A stretch of 64,000 nucleotides of DNA from Simkaniaceae bacterium. GTDB taxonomy: Bacteria > Chlamydiota > Chlamydiia > Chlamydiales > JAJFMI01. Location: positions 15,483 to 79,482 of the forward strand of contig JBBDIZ010000029.1 in the NCBI GenBank assembly GCA_040880145.1, written 5' to 3'. Positions 59,732 through 64,000 of the stretch are shown here, in pieces. A model generated the notes under the pieces. The model saw only the letters and a list, made by a program, of their open reading frames with translations. It was not told the origin of the DNA and searched no databases. The translations under genes and the position numbers were made by a program. Positions within the stretch are counted from its first letter, which is position 1. The number at the start of each line of letters is the position of its first letter.

Positions 59732-61708
59732 TTAGAAAATTTTGTGAGGGGTTATATTGAGCAGCGATTTTGGAATATCATAGAGAAAGCGCGAAGGTGC
59801 GCTTGCTGAAGCTTTACCAAATCGGTCGCGTTTTTGGGCCATAGAGAGGATTAAGTGCTCTTTAGCTCGGGTAATGGCGACGTAAAAAAGACGCCTTTCC
59901 TCCTCAATGCCACTCTCTTTTAAACTCTTTTCGTGAGGAATCAGGTGGTCTTCTAAAGCAATTAAAAAGCAGACGGGAAATTCAAGTCCCTTGGCACTAT
60001 GAAAAGTCATTAGGGAAACGCTATCTTTATGCTCTTTCTTTTTCCCTTGAAATTTGCTTTGATCCAAGAGAGTTGAGGAGACAAAATCCGGTAGGGAAGG
60101 GGATGAAGTTTCTTCTTCATATGATTTGAGAAGCTCTAAGCAGAAATCAATATTTTCACCTTTAAAAGTTTTCATTTTATCGCTTTTAACCTCGTCCTGG
60201 ACAGCTTTTTTGATTTCAATCGTCTCCATAAATTGAGTGAAAGCTTTTGAAAGGGAATATTTGTTTAAATTTTGTTTTGCAAGGTCAAATTGAGTAATAA
60301 AAGAGGTAATTCCTTTTAATGCGTGACGTGTTAAATGGGCTTCATTTGAAAATACGCCCTCTTTAATTTCAGTTAAAATGGTGAATAAAGGTTTTTGACC
60401 CTCTTTAGAGAGTTTTCTAAGTTCATCTAGAGTTTTATCTGAAATTCCGCGCCTTGGGAAGTTGATGATTCGAAGGAGCGCCTCTTGATCAAGAGGGTTT
60501 GCAAGCACGCGCATATAGGCTAGGACATCTTTGACTTCGCTTTTTTCCGTCATTTCGGTTCCCCCAAATATTTGGTAGGGAATCCCGCGAATCCAGCGAT
60601 CTTCTTTTTGCCACATCGTTTTAAGAAGAGCAGACTCAAAGGGACGTGCTAAAGTGTTTGATCGATAAAGAATGGCAAAGTCCGACCATTTGAGATTCAT
60701 TTCTTGCCTAATCTTAAGCATGCGGTTGACGACGCTTTTAACCTCTTCCTCTTCATCGGGAGCATGAAAAATTTCAATGGGAGTGGTCCTGTTTTTTGAT
60801 GTCCAAAGCCTTTTTTCATGACGGTTTTCATTTTTAGAAATGACTCTATTCGCAGCTTCTAATATAGAAGTAGTCGATCGATAGTTTTGCTCTAATTTGA
60901 TGGTTTGATCAGCCTTGAAGTTCAAAATATTTTCTATAGAGGCGCCCCGCCAGCCATAAATGGATTGGTCGTCATCGCCAACAACGCAGAGATTATTGGA
61001 ACCGCTTGCGATGGCTTGAGCGAGTTGATACTGGATGGGGTTGGTGTCTTGGTACTCGTCGATCATGATATAGCGGAAGCGTTTTTGATATTTTTCGAGA
61101 ACTTGAGGGAACGTTTCAAATAGCTCGACGGTGAGGGTTAGAAGGCTGTCGAAGTCGACAGCGTTATGGGCTCTCATGGAGGTTTGAAGCTTATGAAAAA
61201 GTTCCTCAGAAAAAGAGTCGTGCCAGTTGGGAGTCTCTTTTTTTGAAAATGCGCCTTGAGTTTTCGCTTGTTTGATCTGATCGATTGTGGGAGTTAAAGA
61301 AGGGAGTTCGCTTTCATGTTCAAGAGATTCTCGAGCGAGATGAGTGATAAGACGCTTGATATCCCTTTCATCATAGAGGGAAAAATTTTTTGTGTAGCCC
61401 AGTGCTTCGATTTCTAGTCTTAAAATGTACATACAGAAGCTATGAAAGGTGCAAAGCATGACCTTTCGACTTAAAGAAGCGCCGATGAGCTCGCCAAGGC
61501 GCTGCTTCATCTCTTTAGCGGCTTTATTTGTAAAGGTGAGACCCAGGATATTTTCAGGCAAAGCCTTTCCTGAAGAGATCAGGTGCGCCATTCTCATGGT
61601 GAGTACGCTTGTCTTTCCGCTTCCGGCTCCTGCTAAGACAAGGAGGCGACCTTCAGTTGCGTGTACTGCTTTTAGCTGTTCTTTGTTGAGTGTGTGCAGC
61701 TTGGACAA
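59732..61708 (-). CDS. uvrD: UvrD/Rep/PcrA DNA helicase
   Basis: LNKEQ, AGAGSGKT, TFTNKAA, DEYQDTN, VGDDDQSIYGWRGA, LEQNYRST, TFHSAKGLEF, EERRLFYVAITRA; TTG start inferred. Confidence 0.92.
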   Translation of the reverse strand: MSKLHTLNKEQLKAVHATEGRLLVLAGAGSGKTSVLTMRMAHLISSGKALPENILGLTFTNKAAKEMKQRLGELIGASLSRKVMLCTFHSFCMYILRLEIEALGYTKNFSLYDERDIKRLITHLARESLEHESELPSLTPTIDQIKQAKTQGAFSKKETPNWHDSFSEELFHKLQTSMRAHNAVDFDSLLTLTVELFETFPQVLEKYQKRFRYIMIDEYQDTNPIQYQLAQAIASGSNNLCVVGDDDQSIYGWRGASIENILNFKADQTIKLEQNYRSTTSILEAANRVISKNENRHEKRLWTSKNRTTPIEIFHAPDEEEEVKSVVNRMLKIRQEMNLKWSDFAILYRSNTLARPFESALLKTMWQKEDRWIRGIPYQIFGGTEMTEKSEVKDVLAYMRVLANPLDQEALLRIINFPRRGISDKTLDELRKLSKEGQKPLFTILTEIKEGVFSNEAHLTRHALKGITSFITQFDLAKQNLNKYSLSKAFTQFMETIEIKKAVQDEVKSDKMKTFKGENIDFCLELLKSYEEETSSPSLPDFVSSTLLDQSKFQGKKKEHKDSVSLMTFHSAKGLEFPVCFLIALEDHLIPHEKSLKESGIEEERRLFYVAITRAKEHLILSMAQKRDRFGKASASAPSRFLYDIPKSLLNITPHKIF

Positions 61709-62012
61709 GAGATATAAACTCCATTTGAAGAGTGGAAAAAGGGGCAAGATTGGCAGCGGGCCTTGGACGAACGTTGATCTTCAGCCCTTCTTCTTTGGGC
61801 ATTTGGCGGAAAATTTCTCGAATTAGCCGTTTAAATCGATTTCGATCATGGGCTTTCCCATAACGTTTGGTTACTGTTAAACCTAATTTCGAGCATCCGG
61901 GGGTTGCTCGAAAATTGATGATTAAGTTGCTTCCGGCTACGCTATGGCTGCCACGGCCCAATTTTTGAAATTCACGCCTTGTTAAAAGACGCTCAGTTTT
62001 TGGGAACTTCAC
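61653..62012 (-). CDS. rnpA: Ribonuclease P protein component
   Basis: [31 protein letters not shown]. Confidence 0.93.
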   Translation of the reverse strand: MKFPKTERLLTRREFQKLGRGSHSVAGSNLIINFRATPGCSKLGLTVTKRYGKAHDRNRFKRLIREIFRQMPKEEGLKINVRPRPAANLAPFSTLQMEFISLVQAAHTQQRTAKSSTRN

Positions 62013-62143
62013 ACGCCGAGCAGCTTGCGGCCCTTTCTTCGTTTTCTCGAGATCATTCTGCGGCCGCTTTTCGTTGCCATACGTCCTCGAAATCCGTGAG
62101 TTTTAGCGCGCTTGCGTTTACTAGGTTGGTAGGTGCGTTTCAT
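62009..62143 (-). CDS. rpmH: 50S ribosomal protein L34 (missing from the ORF track)
   Basis: [44 protein letters not shown]. Confidence 0.95.
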   Translation of the reverse strand: MKRTYQPSKRKRAKTHGFRGRMATKSGRRMISRKRRKGRKLLGV

Positions 62144-62272
62144 GATGACTTTCCTAAATTTTTTTCTTCCAGCTAATATACAGGATCAGCTTATATTTTG
62201 GCAACCCTTGTCATTAATCCAGGTTCCTGATATAGTCGTGATCCATTAATGAATTTAAAATTGGTTTGACAA

Positions 62273-62410
62273 ATGAAAGTACGTGCTTCTGTTAAAGCAG
62301 ATCCCAATAAGGGAGATAAGATCGTGCGTCGACGCGGCCGTCTCTATGTAATCAACAAAAAAGATCCCAACCGCAAACAAAGACAAAAAGGTCCAGCTAG
62401 GAAAAAATAA
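62273..62410 (+). CDS. rpmJ: 50S ribosomal protein L36, zinc-free type (missing from the ORF track)
   Basis: [38 protein letters not shown]... Confidence 0.93.
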   Translation: MKVRASVKADPNKGDKIVRRRGRLYVINKKDPNRKQRQKGPARKK

Positions 62411-62412
62411 TT

Positions 62413-62718
62413 ATGGCTAAAAAATCTAATTTACAAAGACAGTTGAAGCGTGAACGCCTCGTTGCCCTCAAATGGGAAAAACGTCAGGAACTTAAAAAAT
62501 TAATTCGTGACCCTTCCCTCCCTGAAGATCAAAAACTTCTCGCTATCGATACCCTCAATAAACTCCCAAAAAACTCTTCTCCCACTCGCCTCCGTAACCG
62601 CTGCCAACTCACCGGTCGCCCAAGAGGCTTCTTGAGAAAGTTTAAACTCTCCAGAATTTGCTTCCGCCAAATGGCAAATGATGGACTCCTTCCAGGGATC
62701 ACTAAGTCATCCTGGTAA
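62413..62718 (+). CDS. rpsN: 30S ribosomal protein S14
   Basis: [40 protein letters not shown]. Confidence 0.96.
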   Translation: MAKKSNLQRQLKRERLVALKWEKRQELKKLIRDPSLPEDQKLLAIDTLNKLPKNSSPTRLRNRCQLTGRPRGFLRKFKLSRICFRQMANDGLLPGITKSSW

Positions 62719-62722
62719 CGGG

Positions 62723-62886
62723 GTGAGTGCTCGGGGTGCTTGTTTTGCTTAAGAGGCAAGTAGAGCACCTCATCTTCGGGCTATCTCTCATCGGAAATAG
62801 CTAGGGCTATTCCCTTCTTCGCGATACCCCAAATCTAAGGCACTCTACTTACCTCTTAAGCAAAACAAGCACCCCTCGCATCTCAC
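62723..62886. repeat. Long imperfect palindrome (~165 bp; MITE/RPE-like or structured RNA)
   Basis: ggggtgcttgttttgcttaagaggcaagtagagcacct pairs with aggcactctacttacctcttaagcaaaacaagcacccc. Confidence 0.8.
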
Positions 62887-62990
62887 TTTCTCTCGCTTTA
62901 ATTCTCTATTGTCAGTGTAAATTTTTTGAATTATTGATGTTGTATTTTTATTGAAAAAATGATATTCTAATAATAAAAAAACCAACTATT

Positions 62991-63953
62991 ATGAATATAA
63001 ATAATAATTTAGACAATTGTAATTGCTTTGAGGATTTCCTCCCAAAAGCAATAGTAATAACAAATAATACAAATTATCCTGAAGAAAATAGCATAAAATT
63101 TATTTTATTTTCAGAGGTGTTTGTTAAAATACTTTCTTTTCTTGAAAATGACCTTCAATCCTTAAATAACTGCATGGCAGTTTGCAAATATTGGAATAAT
63201 GTCATTAAACATGAGCTTTTCGGAAGGGGGCGTTTTTGGACACTCTCATGGCAAGACGAATTCGTTGAAAATTGGAGATCCTGTTTTAAAGATACGAACA
63301 AAGACCAATTAGTACTCTTCCACAGTATGAAGGAATCAGCAAAAACTATTTTTGATTACTATTGTTTAAAATTTTATTCTTACTTCATTGTAATTCAATT
63401 CATTCAAGACGTGCAAAAATGTAGTGAATATGATGCGTTTATAGATAAATTTAGAAGTAAGTCTTCTAATAATACATTCATTTATTTTATGATCCACGAA
63501 TTATATGTACCACGTGGTCCTCAAGACCGCAAAATAAGCGCACGCTTAGATTCGATGATTTTAGATGCCGGTTGTGCCAAAGAAATAATCATTGATAACT
63601 CTTATAATAAAAATAATTGTTTGCATGAGTTGAGTAAGTTCTTTTTAAAGATGGGAAAGTTTGAAATCGCTCTTGACTTTCTGTCTGAAATCATTCGTTC
63701 AGGTCATCGTTGTGACACTAAGCTTTTATATCAAATATTTAGCGACTGTATAAATAATCGTGAGGTGAATACAGCACATAAATTGATGCTGAAGCTCTCG
63801 CGAACTTCTCTTGTAACAAGAATGGATTTAGCTGGGATTGCTCTTAAGATCATTGGCAATTTTATTGAAAATGACCTTTTGGTTTCTGAAGAGTTATGGA
63901 ATGATGCATTTGAAATAATCTTTAAAGATAAAATAAGCTGTAAAATTTTGTAA
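62991..63953 (+). CDS. F-box-containing protein (candidate effector)
   Basis: LFSEVFVKILSFL....L.NCMAVCKYWNNVI matches the F-box pattern; AT-rich. Confidence 0.75.
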   Translation: MNINNNLDNCNCFEDFLPKAIVITNNTNYPEENSIKFILFSEVFVKILSFLENDLQSLNNCMAVCKYWNNVIKHELFGRGRFWTLSWQDEFVENWRSCFKDTNKDQLVLFHSMKESAKTIFDYYCLKFYSYFIVIQFIQDVQKCSEYDAFIDKFRSKSSNNTFIYFMIHELYVPRGPQDRKISARLDSMILDAGCAKEIIIDNSYNKNNCLHELSKFFLKMGKFEIALDFLSEIIRSGHRCDTKLLYQIFSDCINNREVNTAHKLMLKLSRTSLVTRMDLAGIALKIIGNFIENDLLVSEELWNDAFEIIFKDKISCKIL

Positions 63954-64000
63954 TCGGTCACGGGGGTTGAAATTTGATCTGAAATTTCGTAAACTTCTTA

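Overview
A gene-dense, AT-rich bacterial chromosome segment. Gene content and order point strongly to an environmental Chlamydiota genome: mviN-nfo-rpsD-trhO; pheT-LysM-yidD-recO...atoC-M15-HAD-truA-ispD-SWIB-prfB-GNAT-yebC; ptr-GPAT-rng-plsX-rpmF; pcnB-lpxB; rnpA-rpmH-rpmJ-rpsN. Most of it is housekeeping (about 58 CDS, 3 tRNAs, frameshifted prfB). Single-gene insertions that look like host-directed effectors interrupt this backbone: a Fic protein, a 1269-aa protein with a CX5R motif, an F-box protein, a polyproline protein and a tail-anchored protein. There is also a secreted GH81-like glucanase coupled to an outer-membrane barrel, and two Maf-type glycosyltransferases. The most striking non-coding signal is a pair of stand-alone structured RNAs resembling IS200/IS605 TnpB right-end (omega) RNAs. 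Both have a conserved promoter and compensatory stem changes, and neither has a tnpB gene. One sits in a ~263-bp non-autonomous element. The other lacks a left end, and its 17-nt putative guide abuts the 5' end of tRNA-Leu. A dispersed TA-terminated palindromic repeat family and a long hairpin element are also present. All calls come from manual motif recognition; no database searches were run.
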